64,000 nucleotides of DNA from Candidatus Bathyarchaeota archaeon (GCA_963775465.1 CAVZIW010000009.1:1-64000), one strand, 5' to 3'; shown: positions 11,168 to 21,012, numbered from the stretch's first letter. Notes: generated by a model not told the origin, from the sequence alone. Made by a program: numbers and translations.

Positions 11168-11290
11168 CAGCGAACGTGAAGCTAATCAATTTAGGATCAA
11201 AATGACAATCCTAGGCAAGTATAGGTTATATGGTGCAGGTGGTTAATAGAAAAACAAAGGAGTTGAATCAGGTTTTAGGAGGTAGTAATA

Positions 11291-11716
11291 TTGTCTGAGT
11301 CGGTTTTAACAAATTTAGAGCTTCTTGATGGTTATAGGTTTAAGGTAGAATTTGATGTGAACGGTGTTCCTAACCTTGTTGTTGATGAAATGAAGCCAAT
11401 TGGGGAAGGGCTGGGACCTAATCCTACGCGCCTGTTGTCAGCTGCTGTCGGTCATTGTTTGAGTTCTAGTCTTTTGTATTGTCTGGGCAAAGCCAAGGTA
11501 AAAGTCAAAAAACTCGACACACTAGTGAAGGCTAATGTTCAAAGGAATAAAGATGATTATCTTAGAGTTACAGGATTAGATGTTCAAATTCATCTTGAAG
11601 TAAACGAGGAAGACAAGCTGCGGGTTCCGCGTTGTTTGAGTATATTTGAGAACTATTGCACAGTAACTCAAAGCGTTAGAAAAGGAATGGAAGTTAAAAT
11701 TAACACCATGTTTTAA
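11291..11716 (+). CDS. OsmC/Ohr-like family protein
   Basis: GPNPTRLLSAAVGHC ... FENYCTVTQSV. GGAGG SD upstream. Confidence 0.88.
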   Translation: MSESVLTNLELLDGYRFKVEFDVNGVPNLVVDEMKPIGEGLGPNPTRLLSAAVGHCLSSSLLYCLGKAKVKVKKLDTLVKANVQRNKDDYLRVTGLDVQIHLEVNEEDKLRVPRCLSIFENYCTVTQSVRKGMEVKINTMF

Positions 11717-11719
11717 TGA

Positions 11720-11735
11720 ATTCTTTTTTCTTTTA
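11720..11735 (+). terminator. Oligo-T archaeal terminator candidate
   Basis: TTCTTTTTTCTTTT run immediately after the osmC stop. Confidence 0.4.
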
Positions 11736-12034
11736 GTAGAGGAGTAGCAGCGAGTTTGGTTTGGGATTTAAAATTTAGTCCCCAACCCCAAACTACTTCT
11801 AAATAACTCGCACTCTGCATAGGAGAAAGTTTACTTTGCAAAACACTGAATTCTTATTCACTGTTCTTCCGGAACTCATGTATATCCCAGGTTTTATTGC
11901 CCTATCAAACAAAATCATCAAATTTCTTTGACAAAAATTTATTGCTACTGCAATAGACTTATGATAAGTGTTCGAACAAAGAGTACAAATACAATAATAC
12001 CAATAAACTGAGTTATCGGGAAGTCAACCAGCAG

Positions 12035-13342
12035 ATGATTAGTGTTAAAGTAGCCACTGCAGTTGGACTTGGAGCTATAATTGGTGCTGGCATATTTGTT
12101 TTAAGTGGAACCGCTATCGCATTGGCAGGTTCAGCAGCACTAATTGCCTTTGTTATCGTGGGTTTTATAGCATTAATAGTGGCTCTAGAATTGGGTGAGC
12201 TAGGCTCTATCTTGCCTAACGCAGAAGGCGGCTCATACTCTTATGCCTATGAAGCGTTTGGCAGTGAATTGGGGTTCATTACGGGGATAATGCTGTATTT
12301 CGCTTACGCTTCTTCCATTGCGCCTATCGCCTTGGGCTTTGGATCTTATCTCACTGGTTTGATAGGTTTAAGCAGCAACATTTACCCAATTATTTTCGCC
12401 ATAGCTTTGATTCTGGTTCTCGCCGTAGTTAACATCTTGGGAGTAAGCAAAGCTGCAAAAGCAGACTTTGGTTTGGTTATTATCAAAATCACAATTCTAA
12501 TCATCTTCATAGTTTTTGCCTTAATTTTTGCTTTAGGCAGCAATTTCGCTATGGGAACAAACTTTACTTCAGGTTTTCAATCAGCCAGTTTGAGTCCAAT
12601 TTTTGCCGCCAGCGTCGTAATTTTCTTTGCCTATTCGGGTTTTCAAGCGATTTCTACAATTACTAAAGACATTAAAGGGGGTGGCTCGCAAGCAGCAAAA
12701 GCCATCGTAGGCTCCGTCGCCATCAGCATGGTACTTTACATTCTTGTGGTGATTTCGCTTTTGCTTTTGATGCCTGCAAACCAATATAATATATCGTCTG
12801 ATCCGCTATCGTTTGCCTTAAGATCAACAGGTGCTCCCGCTTGGCTTTTTACCCTAGTCTCTGTGGGTGCCCTAATAGCTACAACGTCTGCAGCGCTTGC
12901 TATGATTCTAGGCTCATCTAGGATACTTTTTCAGATAGGTCAAGACAAGTTACTTCCAAAGTTTGTACGAAAATATAATGAAAAAAGAGATGTTGCGATC
13001 AACGGGATTTTAGTTTCCACTGTAATTGGTATAATAATGCTTTTTTCCGGCGATATCTATGTAATGGCGTCAATTAGTAACTTTGGCATACTATTTTGTT
13101 ATCTTATCGCAAGTTTTGCGTTAATTCATTTTAGACGCAGCAAGGTACCCTCAAGTTTCCGTGTTCCACTCTACCCTCTTCTTCCCATAGCTTGCATAAT
13201 AGGTTTGATTATGTTATTGATAGGTATGCCTCGAGAAGCTCTGATAGTGGGTGTAGCAATTATTCTTTCTTTAATCATTATCTACTACACGCTCATAGAG
13301 GCGAAATCAAGAAAAGCTGAAAAAATAGAACTCTTTGAGTAA
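12035..13342 (+). CDS. APC-family amino acid permease
   Basis: GAIIGAGIF, EGGSYSY and FFAYSGF motifs; about 12 TM helices. Confidence 0.92.
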   Translation: MISVKVATAVGLGAIIGAGIFVLSGTAIALAGSAALIAFVIVGFIALIVALELGELGSILPNAEGGSYSYAYEAFGSELGFITGIMLYFAYASSIAPIALGFGSYLTGLIGLSSNIYPIIFAIALILVLAVVNILGVSKAAKADFGLVIIKITILIIFIVFALIFALGSNFAMGTNFTSGFQSASLSPIFAASVVIFFAYSGFQAISTITKDIKGGGSQAAKAIVGSVAISMVLYILVVISLLLLMPANQYNISSDPLSFALRSTGAPAWLFTLVSVGALIATTSAALAMILGSSRILFQIGQDKLLPKFVRKYNEKRDVAINGILVSTVIGIIMLFSGDIYVMASISNFGILFCYLIASFALIHFRRSKVPSSFRVPLYPLLPIACIIGLIMLLIGMPREALIVGVAIILSLIIIYYTLIEAKSRKAEKIELFE

Positions 13343-13633
13343 CAACCAACTGCCTACATTTCTGAGTCCCGCTCTTGTTTTAGGAAGTTCTCAATCAAAG
13401 AAACTATTATTATTTCACTTATTTCTTTTGGAGTAACAATCTATTGGGAACTTAAGTGTGCCTTGGACCATATATAGTCCTTTTCGAAAAGCAAATCCAT
13501 TAAAATAAATTCTTCCGCTTTTCATGAATCCTCTTTCATGTTCAAAAGAACTTTTATGTTCATAGCTAAGTAAGAACAGTTTCTAGAAATTGAGAGAGAG
13601 AAGCTAAATTCTATTCCAACCAAATGAAATAAC

Positions 13634-14203
13634 TTGGAAAACTTTTTTACCTTTTATCACATAGCTAACTGGTTGAGAAGGCATTTTTTGACTAAAGAAA
13701 AAACCAAAGTTGTTCACCGCCAGTTAAGCTTAATGCTTGTTGTTATAGCTTTGCTGGCTCTAACCGTTATTCTCGCTTTACTAACAGATTATGAAAAGTC
13801 TTACATAACACGATTTATGATAATTGATTCTTTAACAATTACACATTTGGCATCATATATAGGCGGCTTTTGGATTGCCATTTTCACACCAATATACTTC
13901 GTGCTAAAACGCCGTAGGCCACTGCATTTTAGGTCAATGCTAAAAATTCATGTTCTTTCGAATATGCTAGCCTTCGCTTTAATAACAGCACATTTAACTC
14001 ACCGAGAAATCAATTCAACATTCTTGGGAACTGGATTCGCATTGTACATAGCTGTGTTTTCGCTTATAGTAACAGGGATAATTCAAAGATTCAATTTTGC
14101 AAATGGTCTGAGAAACCAGATAAGATTCGTTCACTTAAGCATGACTACAGCGTTTTACCTGATTCTAATAGTTCATGTCATTGGAACTTTTGTTCGCATA
14201 TGA
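13634..14203 (+). CDS. Hypothetical multi-pass membrane protein with His residues in TM helices (cytochrome b-like?)
   Basis: About 5 TM segments; LKIH...TAH and FVH...IVH His pairs. Confidence 0.55.
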   Translation: MENFFTFYHIANWLRRHFLTKEKTKVVHRQLSLMLVVIALLALTVILALLTDYEKSYITRFMIIDSLTITHLASYIGGFWIAIFTPIYFVLKRRRPLHFRSMLKIHVLSNMLAFALITAHLTHREINSTFLGTGFALYIAVFSLIVTGIIQRFNFANGLRNQIRFVHLSMTTAFYLILIVHVIGTFVRI

Positions 14204-14368
14204 CCCTGTAGCGTTCTCTTTAGAAGCACACAGATTGTTATGTCATGTTGTATGTGTACGCATTAAATTTCAATGCACAAGTATTCTTCCATATTTTGCA
14301 TGAAAATTAAAAAATGTCAGGCTTTTGACATTTTCAGTTTCAAGCACTTTTTTCATATTGGTTCAACT

Positions 14369-14764
14369 CTAAGGGGTATGTTTGAATTTTGTTTGGATAT
14401 ACTCTTTCAAAGCTGCGGCGTTGTTGAGTTTTTCTTCTTTAGAACCGAAAACAAAAGTAACAATATTTCTTCTTGATTCCAAAGCTAACGCTGACAGGGT
14501 TTCTTCTTTGCTTTCCAGTTCCCTCCAGTACCATTCCTTGAACCGCACCCATTTATCCGGATCATGACCATACCATTTTCTTAGTTTTGTACTTGGCGCC
14601 AAGTCTTTGAGCCATTCGTCTATTTTCGCATCTTCCTTTTTCAGACCGCGGGGCCACAATCTTTCAACTAGAACACGTTTTCCATCTTCAGGGGTGGCCT
14701 TCTCGTAAGCACGTTTTAGAAGTATCGGCATGATATCTTGCCTGTTCATTATTAAATAGCGCAT
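14369..14764 (-). CDS. DUF488 family (YeaO-like) protein
   Basis: KRAYE...DGKRVLVERLWPRG...LAPSTKLRKWYGHDP...NNAAAL. Confidence 0.9.
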   Translation of the reverse strand: MRYLIMNRQDIMPILLKRAYEKATPEDGKRVLVERLWPRGLKKEDAKIDEWLKDLAPSTKLRKWYGHDPDKWVRFKEWYWRELESKEETLSALALESRRNIVTFVFGSKEEKLNNAAALKEYIQTKFKHTP

Positions 14765-15107
14765 TAAACTATAATGTCACTATCAGTTATATCTTGTTCA
14801 ACTCATTCATCGCTTTTGAACTCAAATCTGAATTGTAGGGTTGTTCCTTCAGGGACAGGAAGCATACCTCAAATAAGCAGTTAGTTCCATCCCTTTTACT
14901 ATAAACATAAAACACTTTTTTCTTTATATCCGGGGTGTTAAAAACTTGCATGTTCTCACTTCACTTAGACATGTGAAAAACAATTAACTACTGCTTTTAT
15001 TTTATCTTTGGTTTCGCCTAACTGGCTGATTGTAAACAGATATTATTGAAGCCATAGTGGTAAGAGATAAGTGAGAGAACAATTATGCATTATCATGAGG
15101 CTAATCT

Positions 15108-15422
15108 ATGAATATTACTAAAGTTGAGGATGTTACTTCTTTTGAAAATGTGCATGCTGTTGAAGCGAAAAAAATCTATGCTACAGGAAATGCTGAAGTA
15201 ATCCATATGGCATTATCGCCTGGTCAGTCTTTAAAGAAGCATACAACCCCTGTTGATGTTTTCTTCTATATTCTTGAAGGCAAAGGTTTTGTGGAAATCG
15301 GTGATGAAAAGCAAGAGGTAGAAAAAGATATGCTGATAGATAGCCCCAAAGGTATTCCGCATTTACTGGGCAACAGCGGAGAAGAAGTTTTAAGGTTTCT
15401 TGTTGTAAAGCTTCCAGGATGA
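15108..15422 (+). CDS. Cupin domain protein
   Basis: LSPGQSLKKHTTPVDVFFYILEGKG ... PKGIPH. Confidence 0.9.
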   Translation: MNITKVEDVTSFENVHAVEAKKIYATGNAEVIHMALSPGQSLKKHTTPVDVFFYILEGKGFVEIGDEKQEVEKDMLIDSPKGIPHLLGNSGEEVLRFLVVKLPG

Positions 15423-15460
15423 ACGCCCAGATCTCGCTTTTGCAAGGAGTCTTACAATAA

Positions 15461-15994
15461 ATGTTACCCGTCGACATGTTGGTTGAAGAGCATCGATTAA
15501 TTGAACGAATAATCAAACCTTTACAAATAGCAAAGACCACAATATCTGAGACAAATACGGTGGATACAAACTTTATTTTTGTTGCAGTGGATTTTTTCCG
15601 AACATACGCTGACAAGTATCATCATGGCAAAGAAGAAGGTATCCTCTTCAAAGAGCTATCACAGAAGAAACTTTCAGAGAAAGATGATAAACTGATGCTT
15701 GAACTAATGATGGAGCATGCTTATGCACGGAAAACTGTTAATGCTCTTGAAAACGCCAATATAGCTTACCTTGCGGGCAACACAGAAAAGGTAAACAACA
15801 TCCTGAAACATCTCGAAACACTGGCAGACCTCTACCCAAAACACATTCAAAAAGAAGACAAACAATTCTTCTATCCATCAATGGAATATTTCACAAAGAA
15901 AGAGCAAGAAGAAATGTTAATAAAATTTCTGGAGTTTAACTGTGAGTTTACCAAAACAAAGTACCGAAAAATAATAGAAAATCTTGAGCATTGA
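15461..15994 (+). CDS. Hemerythrin HHE-domain protein
   Basis: EEHRLI, HHGKEEGILF, EH and HIQKED motifs. Confidence 0.9.
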   Translation: MLPVDMLVEEHRLIERIIKPLQIAKTTISETNTVDTNFIFVAVDFFRTYADKYHHGKEEGILFKELSQKKLSEKDDKLMLELMMEHAYARKTVNALENANIAYLAGNTEKVNNILKHLETLADLYPKHIQKEDKQFFYPSMEYFTKKEQEEMLIKFLEFNCEFTKTKYRKIIENLEH

Positions 15995-16057
15995 CTAAAA
16001 GATCATCTGTTAGTTCACAACCTTAAATTTTAGAAATTCTGAACCAAATAATTGGAT

Positions 16058-16414
16058 TTAGGAAAGTTGAAACTTGATTAGTTCATCTTTTCGTGCTTTT
16101 ACAAGTCCAATAATCTTTTTTCTCAACGACTCACCAAACGTATCTTTTGGAATTTTGTCCAATCTACGAGATAATTCAATATCTTCCAATATTTTGCTAA
16201 TCCATTTCTGAAAGTCTGCTCTGCTGAAATGAAAGTCAACTGACTTTACATCTACAACTTCAAGTTCCTTAGCGAATTGTTCTAAACTTGTTGCAATATT
16301 TTTAGTCGGTTGACCAATATCAACATAGAAAATAAAACCATCCTCGTATGGCACTGTTCTCAAGATTTTTGCTACTGCTTGGTGCTTTCTCTTATTAGGC
16401 AAATTCTTTGACAT
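16058..16414 (-). CDS. DUF5752 family protein
   Basis: ILRTVP...FIFY...ATSLEQF...SVDFHFSRADFQKWI...DIELS pattern. Confidence 0.75.
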   Translation of the reverse strand: MSKNLPNKRKHQAVAKILRTVPYEDGFIFYVDIGQPTKNIATSLEQFAKELEVVDVKSVDFHFSRADFQKWISKILEDIELSRRLDKIPKDTFGESLRKKIIGLVKARKDELIKFQLS

Positions 16415-16541
16415 AAACAAAACCCAAACATTATGGCATTGCAATCCACTATATGGATATTTAGCCGAGTTTACGCTAGTCTACAAGTTGATTTGGCATC
16501 TGTTTTGCTCACAAACTATTCTAAGAGTTCTTGAGTGAACT

Positions 16542-16614
16542 CCTTCATTGAGTTGAGTAGTGGCATTTAATGAAATCGCTAAATATTTTAATAAGACGAA
16601 CAGAGCAATTATCT
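16542..16614. repeat. 73-bp diverged intergenic repeat, copy 1
   Basis: Ungapped match to 20940-21012, 58/73 identical by manual alignment. Confidence 0.75.
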
Positions 16615-17761
16615 AATCTTCAGTCAGAAGTATTTCGCTCTTTAGATATTCTTGATTACTCATTCTTCTAACTTTGAGGTACCTTTTGAATTCCTTCACC
16701 GATTCTGTTTCACGAATGCTAATTTCTCCGTCAAACAGTCCAAGAAGCGCATAAACATCCTCTGAAGAATGCATTTGTGAATTAATAACTGCAAGTATTG
16801 TGAATTCAGCAGCATTCAATGCAGCTATAAGTTCAGAAAGCCACTTTCTTGTTACGACCAAACCATGTTGCAGCAATACATCGGAAACAATGTTCAAGCA
16901 GAACCTTCTGGAAACTTTAAGATTGGGATCAAGCTTTCGAATTGACTGCGTTATTGCTATGTTAATTTCGGTGAGGTTGTCTATGCTCCTTATTGAAAAA
17001 ACATTAGGTGCTTTCCCTAAATCTTTATCGACTTGTGGATTAAGGTTGAACAGATAGAAATTTGAAGGGAATTCTCTAACCAAATCTTTTGGTAATGAAG
17101 CATCATTTGTAACAAAAAAGGTTATCTCACCTTTTTTTGCCCCAGTTTCAATAAACGCCTTAATTAGAGAGTTAACTTCGTCGCTTAACGGTGCAGTTAA
17201 TGCTACAGCAAGTTTCGGAGGAATCCCACCAAATAAAAGATTGTCAAGGTCAGTGTAACCAGTCGCCACGCGCCCTTTGATTTTATGCGTTCTTATTTCG
17301 GTAATGCTTTTTTGCTCTATTTTCTGAGCTGGGCTTAATGCAACAGGATTAATTGGCTCCTTTCGTTGTTCAACACTCTGAGTTTTCTTTGTTGCCCCAA
17401 AATAAAAAACCAAACCAATTGCAATAACTAAAACCGCTCCAAACAAGATTGCAGAAATTATCCAGGAATAGGGGTTTGTTGCGGTTCCACCCCCCATCAT
17501 GCCTCCAGTATAAGTTTGAGAGGCTGAAATTGCAAAGTAAACACCTATAGCAGCTAATACTAGAATACTGACTATTGAGGCAGTCAACACAATAATTTGG
17601 TTTCTTTGCACAATAATTTTTGTAGATAAAGTGGAAGTTAAATATTGCTGCCACTTAATAGGGTTTGAAATTAAAATTTGGATTCGTGAGTTAATTTTTA
17701 TTTCAAGTCCTTTCGACTTTTTAATGGATGCTTTTTTCATGGTTTCTGGATAATCACTCAA
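16613..17761 (-). CDS. Membrane-anchored KaiC/RAD55-like (RecA-fold) protein with degenerate Walker A
   Basis: Two TM helices, then RVATGYTDLDNLLFGGIP. The P-loop position reads TAPLSDEVNS. FDGEISI...RYLKVRRM at the C-terminus. True start probably downstream of the track start. Confidence 0.75.
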   Translation of the reverse strand: MSDYPETMKKASIKKSKGLEIKINSRIQILISNPIKWQQYLTSTLSTKIIVQRNQIIVLTASIVSILVLAAIGVYFAISASQTYTGGMMGGGTATNPYSWIISAILFGAVLVIAIGLVFYFGATKKTQSVEQRKEPINPVALSPAQKIEQKSITEIRTHKIKGRVATGYTDLDNLLFGGIPPKLAVALTAPLSDEVNSLIKAFIETGAKKGEITFFVTNDASLPKDLVREFPSNFYLFNLNPQVDKDLGKAPNVFSIRSIDNLTEINIAITQSIRKLDPNLKVSRRFCLNIVSDVLLQHGLVVTRKWLSELIAALNAAEFTILAVINSQMHSSEDVYALLGLFDGEISIRETESVKEFKRYLKVRRMSNQEYLKSEILLTED

Positions 17762-17786
17762 GAAAGACCTATAAGTCTGTTATGAA

Positions 17787-17804
17787 TATTAGAATATTTG
17801 AATA
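17787..17804. promoter_or_regulatory. Imperfect palindromic operator candidate (ArsR box), copy 1
   Basis: TATTAGAATATTTGAATA; near-identical copy at 18826-18843 upstream of arsR. Confidence 0.55.
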
Positions 17805-17942
17805 AATATGTGGCTGATGATTAAGAACTAGCTGTATTGGCAATAAACGTGTGTTTCAAAACTGTTTCACTTCTGTTTCAGGCAACTATCTTATCATCCC
17901 ACGACATTAGTATATCATAATAAAAAAAAGAGGTAAAAAAGA

Positions 17943-18764
17943 ATGAAAACTTGGAAAATAGCAACATTGGTCAGTGTGGCAGTCATTGCAGCTGCTCTAA
18001 TAACTACATCAGCCTTCGCAGCAGCCATGATGGGAAATCCATTTGGCGGATTTGGCGGAATGATGGGCGGAGGTTACGGCTACGGATACAACAATAACGG
18101 CAATTACAATAACTACAACCCAATGACCTCATCACAGTATTATCAACCTGTTTATCCCTTCCAGTATGGAGGGGGATGCATAGGCAGACTAGGTAATGGC
18201 TACGGTTTTGGAGGAATGATGGGTAGCTACGGATATGCGGCACCATACACTTACTCTGGAACAACCCTTGACATTAACGCTGCAGAAAGTATAGCAGAAA
18301 ATTACGTTGCGTCAATTGGCAACCCCGACTTAGCAGTAAAAGAGGTTGAGGAGTACTCTGCCAACTTCTACGTTCAGGTTTATGAGAAAAGCACAAACAC
18401 TGGAGCTTTCGAACTCTTAGTCGACAAATACACTGGCAGCATCTACCCCGAGATGGGCCCTAACATGATGTGGAATATCAAATACGGAATGATGCGTAGC
18501 GGAATCTTAGGTGGAGTCTTTGGAGCTCCAACGGCAACAATGCCTGTTTCAGCAGACCAAGCAAAAGTCAATGCACAACAATGGCTCGACATAAACATAC
18601 CGGGAGCTACAGTTGGAGAAGTCTTCCCGTTCTACGGCTACTACCATGTAATGGCTATGGTTAACGGAGCCGACTATGGCATGATGAGCGTCAATGGCTA
18701 TAGCGGGATAGTCTGGTACCACACCTGGCACGGAAGCTACATACAATCAATAGACATTAGCTAA
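17943..18764 (+). CDS. Secreted Gly/Met/Tyr-rich protein with PepSY-like repeats
   Basis: Signal peptide, GGMMGG repeats, FELLVDKYTGSIYPEMGPNMMWN and MSVNGYSGIVWYHTWHG. Confidence 0.75.
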   Translation: MKTWKIATLVSVAVIAAALITTSAFAAAMMGNPFGGFGGMMGGGYGYGYNNNGNYNNYNPMTSSQYYQPVYPFQYGGGCIGRLGNGYGFGGMMGSYGYAAPYTYSGTTLDINAAESIAENYVASIGNPDLAVKEVEEYSANFYVQVYEKSTNTGAFELLVDKYTGSIYPEMGPNMMWNIKYGMMRSGILGGVFGAPTATMPVSADQAKVNAQQWLDINIPGATVGEVFPFYGYYHVMAMVNGADYGMMSVNGYSGIVWYHTWHGSYIQSIDIS

Positions 18765-18825
18765 ACGAAGTTTCATAAATCTCCCTTTCTCCCTTTTTTA
18801 TGATAAATATAATAGGTTGAAGTTA

Positions 18826-18843
18826 TGTTAGAATATTCGAATA
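18826..18843. promoter_or_regulatory. Imperfect palindromic operator candidate (ArsR box), copy 2
   Basis: TGTTAGAATATTCGAATA just upstream of the SD and ATG of arsR. Confidence 0.55.
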
Positions 18844-18851
18844 GGCGAGGA

Positions 18852-19196
18852 ATGTTGATGAGAAAAAAAGAGTTTGACATGACAATCTACAATTTACAAG
18901 CAGAGATTTCAAAAACGCTAGCTCACCCCCTAAGAATAGCACTTTTGCACACCCTAAAAGACGGGGAAAAAACAGTCAACGAACTAGTTGAAATTTTGAA
19001 TGCAAGTCAATCTAATATTTCACAGCATTTAGCGTTAATGAGACAAAGACAAATGGTCAAAACCCGAAAAAACGGCTCATCTGTATATTACCGAGTGGCA
19101 AACCCCAAAATCAGCCAAGCCTGCGATATAATGCGAGAAGTACTTTTGGAACAACTAAGCCAAAAACATGAAATCGCAAAGAACTATTCACAATAA
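18852..19196 (+). CDS. ArsR/SmtB family transcriptional regulator
   Basis: KTLAHPLRIALL...TVNEL...SQSNISQHLALMR...VYY. GAGG SD before ATG 18852. Confidence 0.92.
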   Translation: MLMRKKEFDMTIYNLQAEISKTLAHPLRIALLHTLKDGEKTVNELVEILNASQSNISQHLALMRQRQMVKTRKNGSSVYYRVANPKISQACDIMREVLLEQLSQKHEIAKNYSQ

Positions 19197-19211
19197 AAGT
19201 ATGATTTAAAA

Positions 19212-19379
19212 ATGACACCATTTGGTTTTGGATGTGGTTGTGGCTGCGGCTCAGAGTCAAACGAGCAGAAAAAAGAAGTCATCCGTGAAATCGTAATGAT
19301 TCCATGCAAGTATTGTGGAACTCTTTTTCCCCAAACAGCTACGTTTTGCCCACATTGCGGTGCAAGAAGAACCGCATAA
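19212..19379 (+). CDS. Small zinc-ribbon protein (55 aa) with N-terminal GCGCGCG
   Basis: MTPFGFGCGCGCGSESNEQKKEVIREIVMIPCKYCGTLFPQTATFCPHCGARRTA*. Below the ORF-track cutoff. Confidence 0.75.
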   Translation: MTPFGFGCGCGCGSESNEQKKEVIREIVMIPCKYCGTLFPQTATFCPHCGARRTA

Positions 19380-19422
19380 TTATTTAACTCAACCGCAGAT
19401 TACAATATTGGAGAAGCTTGTT

Positions 19423-20166
19423 TTGTCACATCTTAAATTTCTCTTATCACTTATCGTCGCAACCGTAATTTTGGGGGCGTTGGCACTTCCAGTTTTTGCG
19501 GTTCAATACAATCCAGGAGTTACAGCAGGTCAATATGTAAAGTACGGTAATTTTGTTGGAAGTGGCCCAGGATATGAATTCTTCAATGATTACGGTTTTC
19601 TAACTCTTCAAGTAGTAAGCGTCTCTGGCAACACCGTAACTTTGCTTTCAACTGCACAATATAAAAACGGAACAGCCCTTCCAGGTAACAACACAACTGA
19701 CATATGGAATCTCGAAACTGGAACTGACAACGGAATCCCAAGCACACAAGGGTCAATTATTGCCGCTAACCTCAACCAAGGCGACGAAATACCTCCGCCA
19801 AACACCTATGCGGTAAATCAAACAGTTAGCAAAACCTACCTAGGCGTAGTTAGAAGCGTTAACATTCTTGATGCTACAGTTTCAACTCCCGCATACAACT
19901 CGACACTAAACTATGTATATGACAAACTCTCAGGTATGTTACTTGAAGCATCATCTACAACAACCACTGAAGCCGAACCATCACCAATAACATCAACCTA
20001 CTCATATAGCACAATTGAAACTAACATTTTTGAATCGACGGGTCCATCACCCACCGTTCCGGAATTTCCCAGTAAGATCATAGGCTTTATCTTAGCTACC
20101 CTTTTGATAATTGCTGTCAGCACAATTATTCTCCTCAGAAAAAGGACTAAGAACAAACGGTACTGA
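19423..20166 (+). CDS. Secreted surface protein with PEF-CTERM-like sorting signal
   Basis: Signal peptide from TTG 19423; YDKLSGMLLE motif; C-terminal VPEFPS + TM + basic tail. Confidence 0.8.
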   Translation: MSHLKFLLSLIVATVILGALALPVFAVQYNPGVTAGQYVKYGNFVGSGPGYEFFNDYGFLTLQVVSVSGNTVTLLSTAQYKNGTALPGNNTTDIWNLETGTDNGIPSTQGSIIAANLNQGDEIPPPNTYAVNQTVSKTYLGVVRSVNILDATVSTPAYNSTLNYVYDKLSGMLLEASSTTTTEAEPSPITSTYSYSTIETNIFESTGPSPTVPEFPSKIIGFILATLLIIAVSTIILLRKRTKNKRY

Positions 20167-20186
20167 TACTAGAATTATTTCCATTA

Positions 20187-20798
20187 ATGCAAACAAAAAC
20201 GGGAGCAATTTTAGGCATGTTTGACCAATTGGCTTTAATGATGGTGATGATGTGGCCAGCAATTCCAATGTTTTTAATTGAACTTCATTTTGCTACTAAT
20301 TTTTGGAGAAAACTAGGGGTTTGGACATATTTTGTTGTTATTCTGCAATGGATTCCAATAGCCATAGTTTTGTATTTGCTGCAGGGAGCGATTCTTCACT
20401 ACGAGGTTATGCTTGGTATACCTTTTCTTGTTTTTGGTATCATACTAATCTTTGCTGGTGTTGTCCTGCATGCTTGGACGGCTAAATTAATTGGGATAAA
20501 AGCTACAGTTGCTTACACTGAATTAAAGCCTGATATGTCAAAGGAAAATCAGCGTCTTGTGGTCTCTGGACCTTTTTCAGTGGTTAGGCATCCGTCATAT
20601 TGGGCACATACGGCAATCATAACGGGGATTTTTTTTGTGACAGGTATCATTGCTTTAGCAATAATTGCAGTTGTTGACTTGGCAATAACCTATTTCATAA
20701 CCACTACATTAGAAGACAAAGAGCTAGTTGAGAGATTTGGGAATCAATATAGAGAATACCAGAAGAAAGTACCTAAATTTTTCCCTAAATTTCGCTAA
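20187..20798 (+). CDS. Isoprenylcysteine carboxyl methyltransferase/PEMT family protein
   Basis: LVVSGPFSVVRHPSY ... EDKELVERFGNQYREYQKKVPKFFP. Confidence 0.9.
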   Translation: MQTKTGAILGMFDQLALMMVMMWPAIPMFLIELHFATNFWRKLGVWTYFVVILQWIPIAIVLYLLQGAILHYEVMLGIPFLVFGIILIFAGVVLHAWTAKLIGIKATVAYTELKPDMSKENQRLVVSGPFSVVRHPSYWAHTAIITGIFFVTGIIALAIIAVVDLAITYFITTTLEDKELVERFGNQYREYQKKVPKFFPKFR

Positions 20799-20939
20799 AG
20801 AGAATTGCTGTGTCAATTTTGCATCTTAATCTAATACCTTATATGTGCATCTTTGCAAGGGAGTTGGAGCATGCTTGACGTTACATCATGTTGATGATCG
20901 GTGAGAAAGACCAAAATTTACTCGATGCTTAATCTAACG

Positions 20940-21012
20940 CCTTCATAGAGTTGAGTGGTGGCAGGCAATGAAATCGCTAAACACCTCAATCGAGCGAACG
21001 AAGCAATTATCT
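20940..21012. repeat. 73-bp diverged intergenic repeat, copy 2
   Basis: Matches 16542-16614. Confidence 0.75.

Noticed and set aside
14835-14870. Possible hairpin GGTTGTTCCT...AGGAAGCATACC in an intergenic region
   Set aside because: Imperfect single instance with no recognisable RNA family or context.
20880-20940. Possible C/D-box sRNA (TGATGA at ~20892)
   Set aside because: No properly placed CTGA D box or terminal stem was found.
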